Source of the DNA: a virus
Lineage: Duplodnaviria > Caudoviricetes
IMG/VR virus record: IMGVR_UViG_3300046061_000025
Location: 1-43,868 of that record
Reading direction: 5' to 3' (one strand)
Length of the DNA stretch: 43,868 nt
Part shown: in pieces, positions 1 to 7,224 of the stretch
Layout of the letters: each line of letters begins with the position of its first letter
Numbering within the stretch: position 1 is the first letter of the stretch
Notes under the pieces: generated by a model
The model's input: the letters and a program-made list of their open reading frames with translations, nothing else
What the model was told of the DNA's origin: nothing
The model's database searches: none
Made by a program: the position numbers and the translations under genes

Positions 1-161
1 TCGCACGTCTTCTCGATCCGCTCCGACGGACGGCTGCCGTTACCGGTGTTTGAATTAAATGTTCTAGCGTCTGAGTCGGCTAGCTCGGCAAGTTTCTCCC
101 GGTCCTCCTCGGTGAGCCCCAATTGGTCGGTATCGCCCGCAAGGTGTTCGCTGTCAGGCAT
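1..161 (-). CDS. 5' part of a Cys-rich Zn-finger protein that continues at 43868 across the circular junction
   Basis: ATG at 161 overlaps the end of 154..462, with GGTG upstream; reads MPDSEHLAGDTDQLGLTEEDREKLAELADSDARTFNSNTGNGSRPSERIEKTC and runs off the window. Confidence 0.7.
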   Translation of the reverse strand, partial: MPDSEHLAGDTDQLGLTEEDREKLAELADSDARTFNSNTGNGSRPSERIEKTC

Positions 162-462
162 GGGCGTCACCGTCCGGGCTGTCGGCCGGGCTGGTAATGT
201 CGTGTCCGCAGTGCGGGCAGCACCCAGTTTGCTCAAGCTCTTCGAGGTCGATCCGCGTCAGCGTCTTAAAGCAGTTCGAGCACTCCGGGCCGTCACTTTC
301 AAAACCGCCAAGTTCACGATCGACCTTTCCGGGTTTGCCGTAGTACTGTTCGGCATCAGCGACGTCTAGGTCGACGTCGAACTCACGGTTTAGCATCGCC
401 GTGAAGTTCTCCCGATCGCGTTGGGAGAGTGCCGACCATGGGATCCGGTCCGGGTCACTCAA
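154..462 (-). CDS. Zn-ribbon protein (CSNC...CPHCG)
   Basis: TTG start at 462 after GAGGAGG, overlapping the stop of the upstream gene; two CxxC pairs. Confidence 0.7.
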   Translation of the reverse strand: MSDPDRIPWSALSQRDRENFTAMLNREFDVDLDVADAEQYYGKPGKVDRELGGFESDGPECSNCFKTLTRIDLEELEQTGCCPHCGHDITSPADSPDGDAHA

Positions 463-952
463 TGTGATTATCCTCCTCGAGCTCGAGGGTATCGTCGAGC
501 GTGACCGTCGCTCGGCACGAGCTGCATCGGAGCCGCGACCCACCGTCCGATACGAGATCCCGGCCGTTGTCGTTTTCAAAGTCGGGAACGATTCCTACGG
601 AAAGCACGCCGAAGCGCTTGTCGGGGGTGGCGGGCATTTCGCTGCGAGAGGTCCATTCATCGAGGATACTCAACAGGGGATACTCCGGCGGGAGGTGCGG
701 GTGCCACTCGTAGGGGAGTAGCCACAACCCCGATTCGTCGGACCACTTGCGTAGACCGAGATCCTGTAGGTCCGTTTCGTCGGCGTGTGTGAGTCGGTCC
801 ATCGCGTCCGCCGTGAGTGGCGGGCTGCCGGGGTTGACGCCGTCTTCTCGCTCGAACTGAGGTGTCTGAACGACCAACGTTTCGTCCTCGTCCATGTCGA
901 GAATGTCCCGAATCTCCGCCACGACGTCCTCCGCGAATCTGTCACCAATCAC
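455..952 (-). CDS. Hypothetical protein
   Basis: GTG at 952 after GGAGGTG; acidic protein-like composition only from this start onward. Confidence 0.7.
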   Translation of the reverse strand: MIGDRFAEDVVAEIRDILDMDEDETLVVQTPQFEREDGVNPGSPPLTADAMDRLTHADETDLQDLGLRKWSDESGLWLLPYEWHPHLPPEYPLLSILDEWTSRSEMPATPDKRFGVLSVGIVPDFENDNGRDLVSDGGSRLRCSSCRATVTLDDTLELEEDNHIE

Positions 953-1559
953 GGGGGCGCACCTCCAATTTTGCTCCGTCGGCCTCCGTGAGGATCTTAC
1001 CCAGCCGATCTGCGAAGTGTTCGGAACAGTACCGCGTCGCGGTTGGCGCGCCGGGGTGTAACGGATCAACCGGGTCGCCCGGGAACCGACTGGTTGTTAT
1101 CCGCCACTCGGCAATTTCTTTGCACGAAGCAAGACTTTCTGACGGATAATCCGCGTAGTGTTCGCATAGTGACTCTGTCACTATTCTCTCGACAGTGTAG
1201 AATTTCTCGCAAGAGTGGCCATCGTTGATCGGTTTGGCGTCGATATCCTGGGATGCATGGCCGCAACAAAGCAGTTCCCCAGTGCGGGTGTGTTTGTGAG
1301 TAACTGGACCGTCGCAGTGGATACACTCGCGCTCAGCATCGCCTGCTACGGTACCGTCATCTGGCCGAAGCCCATCCTTGGCCAGCGAGCGGACGGTCTC
1401 TTCGTCGGCAACCGCCGTCTTCTTGGTTGATTGCCCGCAATGCTGGCACTCTGACGGTTCGGGGAAACGGTAGTCGAGATCGTCTCCGTAGATGTACCCA
1501 CAGTTCGAGCACTTGCCGACAGCGATTTCATCAACGCCGGTGGGCGGGAGGTCGGTCAT
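942..1559 (-). CDS. Multi-CxxC Zn-finger protein
   Basis: CSNCG, CQHCG and CIHC motifs; ATGA overlap with the upstream gene. Confidence 0.75.
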   Translation of the reverse strand: MTDLPPTGVDEIAVGKCSNCGYIYGDDLDYRFPEPSECQHCGQSTKKTAVADEETVRSLAKDGLRPDDGTVAGDAERECIHCDGPVTHKHTRTGELLCCGHASQDIDAKPINDGHSCEKFYTVERIVTESLCEHYADYPSESLASCKEIAEWRITTSRFPGDPVDPLHPGAPTATRYCSEHFADRLGKILTEADGAKLEVRPRDW

Positions 1560-2119
1560 TCTTTGATCGCCTCCAGCTCCCCGGCGGCTGTTTCTCGGTC
1601 GGTGAGGCGTTCGCCGCAGCGCTCACACTCCGGGACGCCATCGGCGAGTGTGAACCGGGTACAGCGGCACGCGGGGCAGCGGTCGCCGTCGCCGTCCTGT
1701 GTCAGTTCGTGTTGCCAGTCGTCGCGAATACGAGTGGTCCCGGGTGTCCATTCGCCGCGGAGCCCAGCTGTGACGCGGAGCCGGCAGTTGTGCTTCGCGA
1801 TCTCGTGGACGACCGCTGGCGGGATGCTGATTGTGGGGAGTGGCCTCCTTGGGATACTCAACGGCTGGAGAACGACTTCATAGAACGGTTGCATGGGGCC
1901 ATCACCGAATACGATCTCGCCGGCCTCATTGATCCGCGCGGGCCGGAACGCATACTCTTTCAGCTTCACGCACTCCCCGGTGTGCGTCCACTGTACTCCC
2001 CTGCGAGTGCGGGTGGTGTGGCCGTCGCTTGGATAATTCGGTGAGATCTCGGGTTCGTGAGCAACGGTGGGAAGGCCGTTGATTGCATCTCGGACGTGTG
2101 CCGCCTTCTCACTGTTCAT
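1556..2119 (-). CDS. Hypothetical protein with C-terminal Zn ribbon
   Basis: CPACRC...CERCG; ATGA overlaps at both ends. Confidence 0.7.
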   Translation of the reverse strand: MNSEKAAHVRDAINGLPTVAHEPEISPNYPSDGHTTRTRRGVQWTHTGECVKLKEYAFRPARINEAGEIVFGDGPMQPFYEVVLQPLSIPRRPLPTISIPPAVVHEIAKHNCRLRVTAGLRGEWTPGTTRIRDDWQHELTQDGDGDRCPACRCTRFTLADGVPECERCGERLTDRETAAGELEAIKE

Positions 2120-2604
2120 CGCTCGGCCTCCTCGTTGACCGTGACGTCGGCGTCAAGCGCTGCCGTCTGCGTGTCGGTCGACGGATACACGATATAGCGG
2201 GCGCGCTCGGTGGCGGTCGCTTCGGGGACGCCGGCGTTTTGGTCTGTCATCCGGAGCTCGCCGGGTGGAACGAGGTAATACCGGGAGCGGCTGCCGCCCT
2301 GTTGCTTGAAGTACGCCGCTATCAGGGGTTGGGCGCCGAAGGCGCTGGCGAATCGGGTGAGAGCGTCGAGTTCGTCGCGTCCGGTGTAGGCTGTGGTGCC
2401 GCTGGTTGCTTTGACTTCGATCGCGTACGCCTCACTGGTCGCGACGTCCATCGCGTCCGGGTGGGGGTGGCCGGTGAGGACGTCGGGGAGGTCGCGGCTG
2501 GTGGCGCTGCCGCTGGTCGGGACGCGGAGCGCGCCCCACCCGAGGCTGGTATAGGTGTTGACGAGTTGGCGTTCGACGCGGGCGCCGGCCATGTTACCCG
2601 TCAC
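2116..2604 (-). CDS. hjc: Archaeal Hjc-type Holliday junction resolvase (PD-(D/E)XK)
   Basis: G-x-R-x-ERQLV, GWGALRVPTSGS, DLPDVL and AIEVK motifs. Confidence 0.85.
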   Translation of the reverse strand: MTGNMAGARVERQLVNTYTSLGWGALRVPTSGSATSRDLPDVLTGHPHPDAMDVATSEAYAIEVKATSGTTAYTGRDELDALTRFASAFGAQPLIAAYFKQQGGSRSRYYLVPPGELRMTDQNAGVPEATATERARYIVYPSTDTQTAALDADVTVNEEAER

Positions 2605-3007
2605 CCCCAGAGCGGTCAGTCCCCGCAGTCTTCACGTCGTCTCGGACCTGTCGATTGTAGACACTGAGCGCGGCGTTGAATACGGTGAACAGCGACTCCC
2701 ATGACGGCAGGTCCTGAGGACCCGACAGGCAGCCTGTCGCGAGACTCGACCAGTCCCGCATGACCGGGACGTCGGAGTCCCAGTAGGACTTCCCGAACTG
2801 GACGTTGGGCGGCGATTCCGACCGTTCGTCGTGGGTGATCTGCGCTCGATACGCCTCGCCGTCGTACTCTTGGATAGCGTGGACGCGCGTCGTGTGACCG
2901 CTCTCGCTGACATTGACCTCGGTGACGGGAACCTTGGCGTCCTTCGCCTCCTCCAGCAGCTCGCGTTTGTAGGTCGGCCGCGTCCGGGTCGATTGTTCAG
3001 TCATCAC
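2594..3007 (-). CDS. Hypothetical protein
   Basis: 137 aa, GGAGG RBS, overlaps both neighbours. Confidence 0.7.
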   Translation of the reverse strand: MMTEQSTRTRPTYKRELLEEAKDAKVPVTEVNVSESGHTTRVHAIQEYDGEAYRAQITHDERSESPPNVQFGKSYWDSDVPVMRDWSSLATGCLSGPQDLPSWESLFTVFNAALSVYNRQVRDDVKTAGTDRSGGDG

Positions 3008-3225
3008 CGATCGGCCTCCCGTTTGAGACCCGTGTCTACAGCGCGGTCGATTCGCTCCAGTTCGTCTAGAGCAAACTCGTCAGCAGCCGGGTCGAAGGTG
3101 TCCCACCAGTCGCAGTCCTGGCATCGGACTTTGAGGATGTGGTCGGGACCTCCGGCCTTCTCGGTTGGCCCAGCGCACTCGGGACAGGCGTAGCGCGATG
3201 CGTGGAACCGATACGGGGGACTCAC
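3004..3225 (-). CDS. Small Zn-ribbon protein (CPEC...CQDC)
   Basis: GTGA overlap start at 3225. Confidence 0.7.
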   Translation of the reverse strand: MSPPYRFHASRYACPECAGPTEKAGGPDHILKVRCQDCDWWDTFDPAADEFALDELERIDRAVDTGLKREADR

Positions 3226-3395
3226 GCCGACCACCGCCGGCCGCAAGATTCGCAGACCCAGCAATCGCCGTCCCAACCGTGGAGAGTGTCACCGACGCAA
3301 CGGTGACAGTATCGGAGTTGCGGCGACTCGTCGGACGGGTGTAGCGGCGCTTCCCCGATTCGGTCAGTAGCGTCGGTAGACTGACCGTCAGTCAT
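3222..3395 (-). CDS. Small Zn-finger protein (CHRC...CESCG)
   Basis: ATG at 3395 after GGAGG/GGTG; two CxxC motifs. Confidence 0.7.
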   Translation of the reverse strand: MTDGQSTDATDRIGEAPLHPSDESPQLRYCHRCVGDTLHGWDGDCWVCESCGRRWSA

Positions 3396-3588
3396 CACCG
3401 TCGGCCTCCCGTACCTCAATTACCGCATAGTTGTCCACGTTCTTCCAGTCCAGAACGTCGCGGCCGATCTCGTCACACGTGTTCCAAAACCAATGCTCTG
3501 CATAATCCTGGTCGTCGATCTCACTCGGCGGCGTCACCGTGAACCGTTGGGTGAACTCGACGACGATCTCTATCCCGTCTCGGGTCAC
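3388..3588 (-). CDS. Small hypothetical protein
   Basis: 66 aa acidic ORF, GTGA overlap, GGAGGGGG RBS. Confidence 0.65.
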   Translation of the reverse strand: MTRDGIEIVVEFTQRFTVTPPSEIDDQDYAEHWFWNTCDEIGRDVLDWKNVDNYAVIEVREADGDD

Positions 3589-4442
3589 GGCGACACCCCC
3601 TCCTGTACGACGTGCTCGATCAGTTCGTCCAGCGTCCCTGGGTCGTCGGCGAAGGCATCGATCGTCGCCTGCTCCGGGTCCCGCAGGCCGTGGCGCTCGC
3701 GGAAGAACTCCGGATGCTCGATCCCGCCGGGCTTTGCGCCGATGTGCAGCTGCGGGTTGCCCGCCTCGGGCATTGCCATGATGTCGACGCGTTTGCCGAT
3801 GACGAAGATGCGCTCGCGGTGCTGGGGGACACCGTAGTCGGCGGCGTCGAGTTTGTCCCAGGAGACGTGGTAGCCGCCAGCCTCGAAGTGCCGACAGACT
3901 TCCATGATCGCGTCGCCGTCGTGCATCGTCGCCAGCCCAGGGACGTTCTCCATCACGAAGAACACCGGTTTGGCCTGGTGGACGATCCGGACCATCTTGA
4001 GGTAAAGCTCATTTCTCGGGTTGTCATCGTCCCGCGTCCCGAGATGCGAGAAGCCCTGGCAAGGTGGGCCCCCGGAGATCGCGGTGATCCCGCCGACCCC
4101 GAGGCTGGCGGCTTCGAGGATCTCCCAGGTCGCGACCTTTCGAATGTCCCGCTCCATCAAAATCGGCGGGTCGTCTTGGTCGAGTGCGTCGCCGCTGATG
4201 CAGTTCAGCCGGTAGGTGTCGGCTGCATCCTGGTCCTCCTCGACCGCGACGAGTGTGATGAAGCCTGCATGAGAGAAACCGAGGTCAAACCCGCCGATGC
4301 CGGTGAACAGGCTGACGTGTGTCGGCGGGTCGGTGTACCCGACGCGCTCCTCGGTACTCTCGGGGCCGTCGTGGGTCCCGAGGAACTGGCTGTCCTCGAG
4401 CATGGAGAGCCGCTGGCGGTCGGCGAGCTGGGTGCGAGTCAC
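3585..4442 (-). CDS. DNA (cytosine-5)-methyltransferase, short or atypical
   Basis: Motif I SLFTGIGGFDLG, IV GGPPCQGFS, VI MENV, VIII GVPQHRERIF; GTGA start after GAGGAGG. Confidence 0.92.
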   Translation of the reverse strand: MTRTQLADRQRLSMLEDSQFLGTHDGPESTEERVGYTDPPTHVSLFTGIGGFDLGFSHAGFITLVAVEEDQDAADTYRLNCISGDALDQDDPPILMERDIRKVATWEILEAASLGVGGITAISGGPPCQGFSHLGTRDDDNPRNELYLKMVRIVHQAKPVFFVMENVPGLATMHDGDAIMEVCRHFEAGGYHVSWDKLDAADYGVPQHRERIFVIGKRVDIMAMPEAGNPQLHIGAKPGGIEHPEFFRERHGLRDPEQATIDAFADDPGTLDELIEHVVQEGVSP

Positions 4443-4612
4443 GCCAAGCGCTCCTCCTCTTGCTCGATCGGCTCGATCGTCGGACAGCCGCCGCACGTGA
4501 TCGGGCGGGCGCTGGCGGCGCAGCTCTCGGCGACCTCCATCCTCTCGCCGCACTCGATGCAGCTGACCGTGATGATGTGGTCGCGGCCGCTCGTTTCGAT
4601 CTCGTGCGGCAT
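4439..4612 (-). CDS. Small Zn-finger protein (CIECG...CGGC)
   Basis: ATG at 4612 after GGAGG; MPHEIETSGRDH... Confidence 0.7.
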   Translation of the reverse strand: MPHEIETSGRDHIITVSCIECGERMEVAESCAASARPITCGGCPTIEPIEQEEERLA

Positions 4613-4613
4613 C

Positions 4614-4991
4614 TCAGTCGCCTCCGCCACGGGTCGTGGCTCGCTGCCCCGCCGACCGATCAGGCGGGTGGGGGTAGTGGTCGCGAACGAGGTCGGGGAG
4701 GCGGTCCCAGTGCTCGTCGGCGACGCGACGCAGCTGGCCGGCCGCGCCGGCGCCGGCGGGCTCCACTTCGAGGTATGTAACTTGGGCCCACCGCCACTCG
4801 GGGAGCAGCCCACTGTCGCCGGTCCATTCGGTGAAGTGGAGTGCGCCGGCATCCCTGAGTTCGACGTCGGCATAGGAGGCCTGCGAGATGGAGTCGCGTT
4901 GGTCGACTTCGTGGACAAGGGCGGGCGTGTAGTCCGCGTTGAGGGCTCGCGGGTCGTGCTCGAGGCCCGGGTCGTCGGCGTCGTCCGTCAT
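4614..4991 (-). CDS. Hypothetical protein
   Basis: ATGA overlap start MTDDADDPGLEH; acidic. Confidence 0.65.
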   Translation of the reverse strand: MTDDADDPGLEHDPRALNADYTPALVHEVDQRDSISQASYADVELRDAGALHFTEWTGDSGLLPEWRWAQVTYLEVEPAGAGAAGQLRRVADEHWDRLPDLVRDHYPHPPDRSAGQRATTRGGGD

Positions 4992-5113
4992 TCGCCGTCG
5001 CTCCCAGTGGTGCTGCGGTTGTATTTGCGGCGCTGGAGTTCCGATGGCTCGAGGTCGTCGATGAGGTCTTGGAGCGTCGTGGTGTCGTCGGTGTCGCGTT
5101 GGTCCGTAATCAT
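4988..5113 (-). CDS. 41-aa microprotein (not in ORF track)
   Basis: MITDQRDTDDTTTLQDLIDDLEPSELQRRKYNRSTTGSDGE; ATGA overlaps at both ends. Confidence 0.6.
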   Translation of the reverse strand: MITDQRDTDDTTTLQDLIDDLEPSELQRRKYNRSTTGSDGE

Positions 5114-5589
5114 GCCAGGTTGTCACCTGTGGCATCCTCACGCTGGCTGGCGTGGTGACGGCCATGTTCAGCGGGTGTCATTAGTTCCAGATTATCGATG
5201 CGGTTGTCCCACGGAATCTCATTCACGTGGTGAACGTGCTTCCCGCGGGTGGCGTCGATGCCGAGTTCGGCAACCGCCTGGAGCCGGTGAACGAATACGT
5301 CTCGACATGTCGGGTGGTCGTGAACCCGCCACACCATGTACCCTGAGTCGTTGATACGAAGCGCACACCCGGCACGGTGATACTGTCCTCGGGCCGTATT
5401 CTTTCCGTGCGTGATTACGTCAAGTCCCGCAGCTCGTTTCGCATCATTCCAGCTGCCAAATTTCTTCGCGAGCGTCCGGTCACTCGGAGTATAATCACCT
5501 TCTCGGTACTCCCTTACAAAGAGCGGTTCTCCGAACTCCTGGGCCGCCGCTTGAAGCTCCTCTATACACTCTTGTTTTGTATATTCCAT
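5110..5589 (-). CDS. HNH endonuclease with an N-terminal homing-endonuclease-associated repeat
   Basis: N-terminal YT..ECIE.LQ.AA...PS..T...KFGSWNDAKRAAGL; C-terminal VHRL...VHHVNEIPWDNRIDNLELMT..EH...H. Confidence 0.88.
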   Translation of the reverse strand: MEYTKQECIEELQAAAQEFGEPLFVREYREGDYTPSDRTLAKKFGSWNDAKRAAGLDVITHGKNTARGQYHRAGCALRINDSGYMVWRVHDHPTCRDVFVHRLQAVAELGIDATRGKHVHHVNEIPWDNRIDNLELMTPAEHGRHHASQREDATGDNLA

Positions 5590-5599
5590 AATTGAATTA

Positions 5600-5739
5600 G
5601 GGCCTCGCCGCGATTCGAACGCGGACGGCGCAGCCAGCCGTGCCAATGTCAGCTCGTAATGGGGGTGTACCGATGAGCCGTGACCCCAAGGTCGGGGGTC
5701 GGGTGGTCGGTAGGTGGTGGCTGCGAGTTGTGCGAGGCC
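5600..5739 (-). ncRNA. tRNA-like structured RNA (acceptor stem + T-arm, no D-arm, ~85-nt structured insert)
   Basis: GGCCTCG/CGAGGCC 7-bp acceptor; CCGCG-TTCGAAT-CGCGG T-arm; CGCAGCCA/TGGCTGCG 8-bp stem; internal hairpins GACCCC/GGGGTC and GCTC/GAGC. Confidence 0.7.
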
Positions 5740-5803
5740 GTGGGTAGGGGTGGGCCGGTCACACTGTTGGATGGAGCGTGTTCTGGGGGTGTGGCGGCCC
5801 GAG

Positions 5804-5848
5804 GGCTCCGCCGGGGCTTGCACCCGGTTCCAGCACTCTGCCGGAGCG
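5804..5848 (-). ncRNA. Minimal tRNA-like element (t-element): acceptor stem + T-arm
   Basis: GCTCCG/CGGAGC stem, small CAG-AGTG-CTG hairpin, CCGGG-TGCAAGC-CCCGG T-arm. Confidence 0.55.
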
Positions 5849-5880
5849 AAATTCACCATGTAACGATCCTCCAGGCGGAG

Positions 5881-6039
5881 TCAGGCATTGCTGGTTTGGG
5901 GGTGGGGCTGTTGGTCGTCAAGGTCAAGGTCGAAACGGGTTTCGAAGAAGTCGTCCCAGGTTTCGGTCCGCTCTTTACGGTCGTGGAGAGCGTCGGCTAT
6001 TTCCTGGCTGACTGTGATGCTGGTGTAGCGGTCGTCCAT
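5881..6039 (-). CDS. Small ribbon-helix-helix-like DNA-binding protein, first gene of the leftward operon (not in ORF track)
   Basis: MDDRYTSITVSQEIADALHDRKERTETWDDFFE: beta-strand then helices; TATA-like box upstream. Confidence 0.7.
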   Translation of the reverse strand: MDDRYTSITVSQEIADALHDRKERTETWDDFFETRFDLDLDDQQPHPQTSNA

Positions 6040-6135
6040 GTCTTACGATGCGATGAGTTAATCGCAATGTAATTAAGTCTTTTGTCAGCTAACCAACTAT
6101 GGCAAACCATTAAATAATTGCATTACAAATGGTCA
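6040..6135. promoter_or_regulatory. Divergent archaeal promoters (putative lysis/lysogeny switch)
   Basis: AT-rich gap; minus-strand CAAAAG-ACTTAATTA and plus-strand CAAA-CCATTAAATA BRE/TATA-like elements facing opposite genes. Confidence 0.7.
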
Positions 6136-6327
6136 ATGGACATGAGCACCCTCACCCAACCACAGATGGCCAAGCAGATCACGTTCCGCATCGACGACGA
6201 CCTCGAACATCGCCTCGAAACCTACATGGCCAGCGACAAACACCAATTCCAACCCAACCAGAGCGACGTCATGCGCGTCGCCCTTGACGAGTTTCTCCCT
6301 GAAACGGCGAGCCATAACAACGACTAA
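6136..6327 (+). CDS. CopG/RHH transcriptional regulator 1
   Basis: KQITFRIDDDLEHRLE...NQSDVMRVALDEFL RHH pattern. Confidence 0.85.
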   Translation: MDMSTLTQPQMAKQITFRIDDDLEHRLETYMASDKHQFQPNQSDVMRVALDEFLPETASHNND

Positions 6328-6371
6328 TAATTTTGTTACACCACACACGTACGTCATGTTAAGCAACATAA

Positions 6372-6394
6372 TTTTATGTATTGCGGCGCAATAC
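6372..6394 (+). promoter_or_regulatory. TATA box followed by a 17-bp palindrome GTATTGCG-G-CGCAATAC (putative operator)
   Basis: TTTTATG at 6372; palindrome 6378-6394; ATG at 6402. Confidence 0.7.
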
Positions 6395-6401
6395 CACCGA
6401 C

Positions 6402-6557
6402 ATGGCAATGCATCTATCCGTCCGCATTGACGACGATCTCGAAGAAAGACTCCACGCGTACATCACCGACGACCGCCATGTATTTGAACCCAACAAAAGC
6501 GACGTCGTCCGCGGGGCCATCGACGAATACCTCCCCGAAGACACCGATACCGCCTAA
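6402..6557 (+). CDS. CopG/RHH transcriptional regulator 2, paralog of 6136..6327 (not in ORF track)
   Basis: MAMHLSVRIDDDLEERLHAYITDDRHVFEPNKSDVVRGAIDEYLPEDTDTA. Confidence 0.85.
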   Translation: MAMHLSVRIDDDLEERLHAYITDDRHVFEPNKSDVVRGAIDEYLPEDTDTA

Positions 6558-6697
6558 ACCGGGATCGGCGAAAACGACGTCACCTCAACCATCCCACACC
6601 GCGTACACTCAAGCTCCATCTCCGCAGAACTATACACCGTCGCGTTCACCGCCGTCGACTCACACTCCGGACAATGACTCCACTCTGTCAACGCCAT
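6554..6697 (-). CDS. Small Zn-ribbon protein (CPEC...CTRCG)
   Basis: Start at MALTEWSHCPECE; TATA-like ATACTTAC ~25 nt upstream. Confidence 0.65.
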   Translation of the reverse strand: MALTEWSHCPECESTAVNATVYSSAEMELECTRCGMVEVTSFSPIPV

Positions 6698-6883
6698 ACA
6701 CCACCCCACTCGGGGACACGGTAAGTATCGAACCGACCCGGTTCCGGAAACCACAACATCCGGGTCAGTCAGCGAAAGGACCACTGCGAGACGCCCGTCT
6801 GACAATTCGGAAACCACCGGCCCCACGGAAGCCACGAACCCACCCCACCAACCCTACATCACGCCCGTCCCCACGAACCAGGT

Positions 6884-7141
6884 ATGCGGGAGGAGGCACT
6901 CGAGGCCTACGAGCGCGAGGCGATCGAGCAGGCGGTTCGGACCGTCCTCGAGGACCACCCCGAGGGGCTATCCGGCCCCGTGATTCGGCGCGAGATCCAC
7001 CAGCATCCAGCGCTCGATGTCGAGCTCCCGATGCAGTATGTGCATCCGTGGCTGGGCGTGCTCTGCCGCGACGACGTGCTTGATGCAACCGCCGGAGAGT
7101 ACCGGCACCGGTTGACCAAGGACGTCGGCGAGACTAAGTAG
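6884..7141 (+). CDS. Small putative winged-helix protein
   Basis: AVRTVLEDHPEGLSGPVIRREI...YRH pattern. Confidence 0.55.
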   Translation: MREEALEAYEREAIEQAVRTVLEDHPEGLSGPVIRREIHQHPALDVELPMQYVHPWLGVLCRDDVLDATAGEYRHRLTKDVGETK

Positions 7142-7224
7142 AATGATATAGAGTGAGGACGGTTCGCTTATCTCTAATTGTAGATAACGGGGTAAGAGAT
7201 AACATTAGCTGCAGCAATACGTTC

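Noticed and set aside
3612-5354. 580-aa plus-strand ORF
   Set aside because: Antisense shadow of the methyltransferase and neighbouring genes; no motifs or expression signals
5600-5739. Canonical or intron-containing tRNA with an assignable anticodon
   Set aside because: No D-arm, no 7-nt anticodon loop and no clean bulge-helix-bulge motif
5590-5859. N-terminal extension of the HNH ORF given in the track
   Set aside because: It reads through the structured RNA region; protein-like sequence begins at MEYTKQEC (5589)
6376-7083. 235-aa Pro/Thr-rich ORF
   Set aside because: Alternative frame over the second RHH gene and the 6884 gene; low complexity
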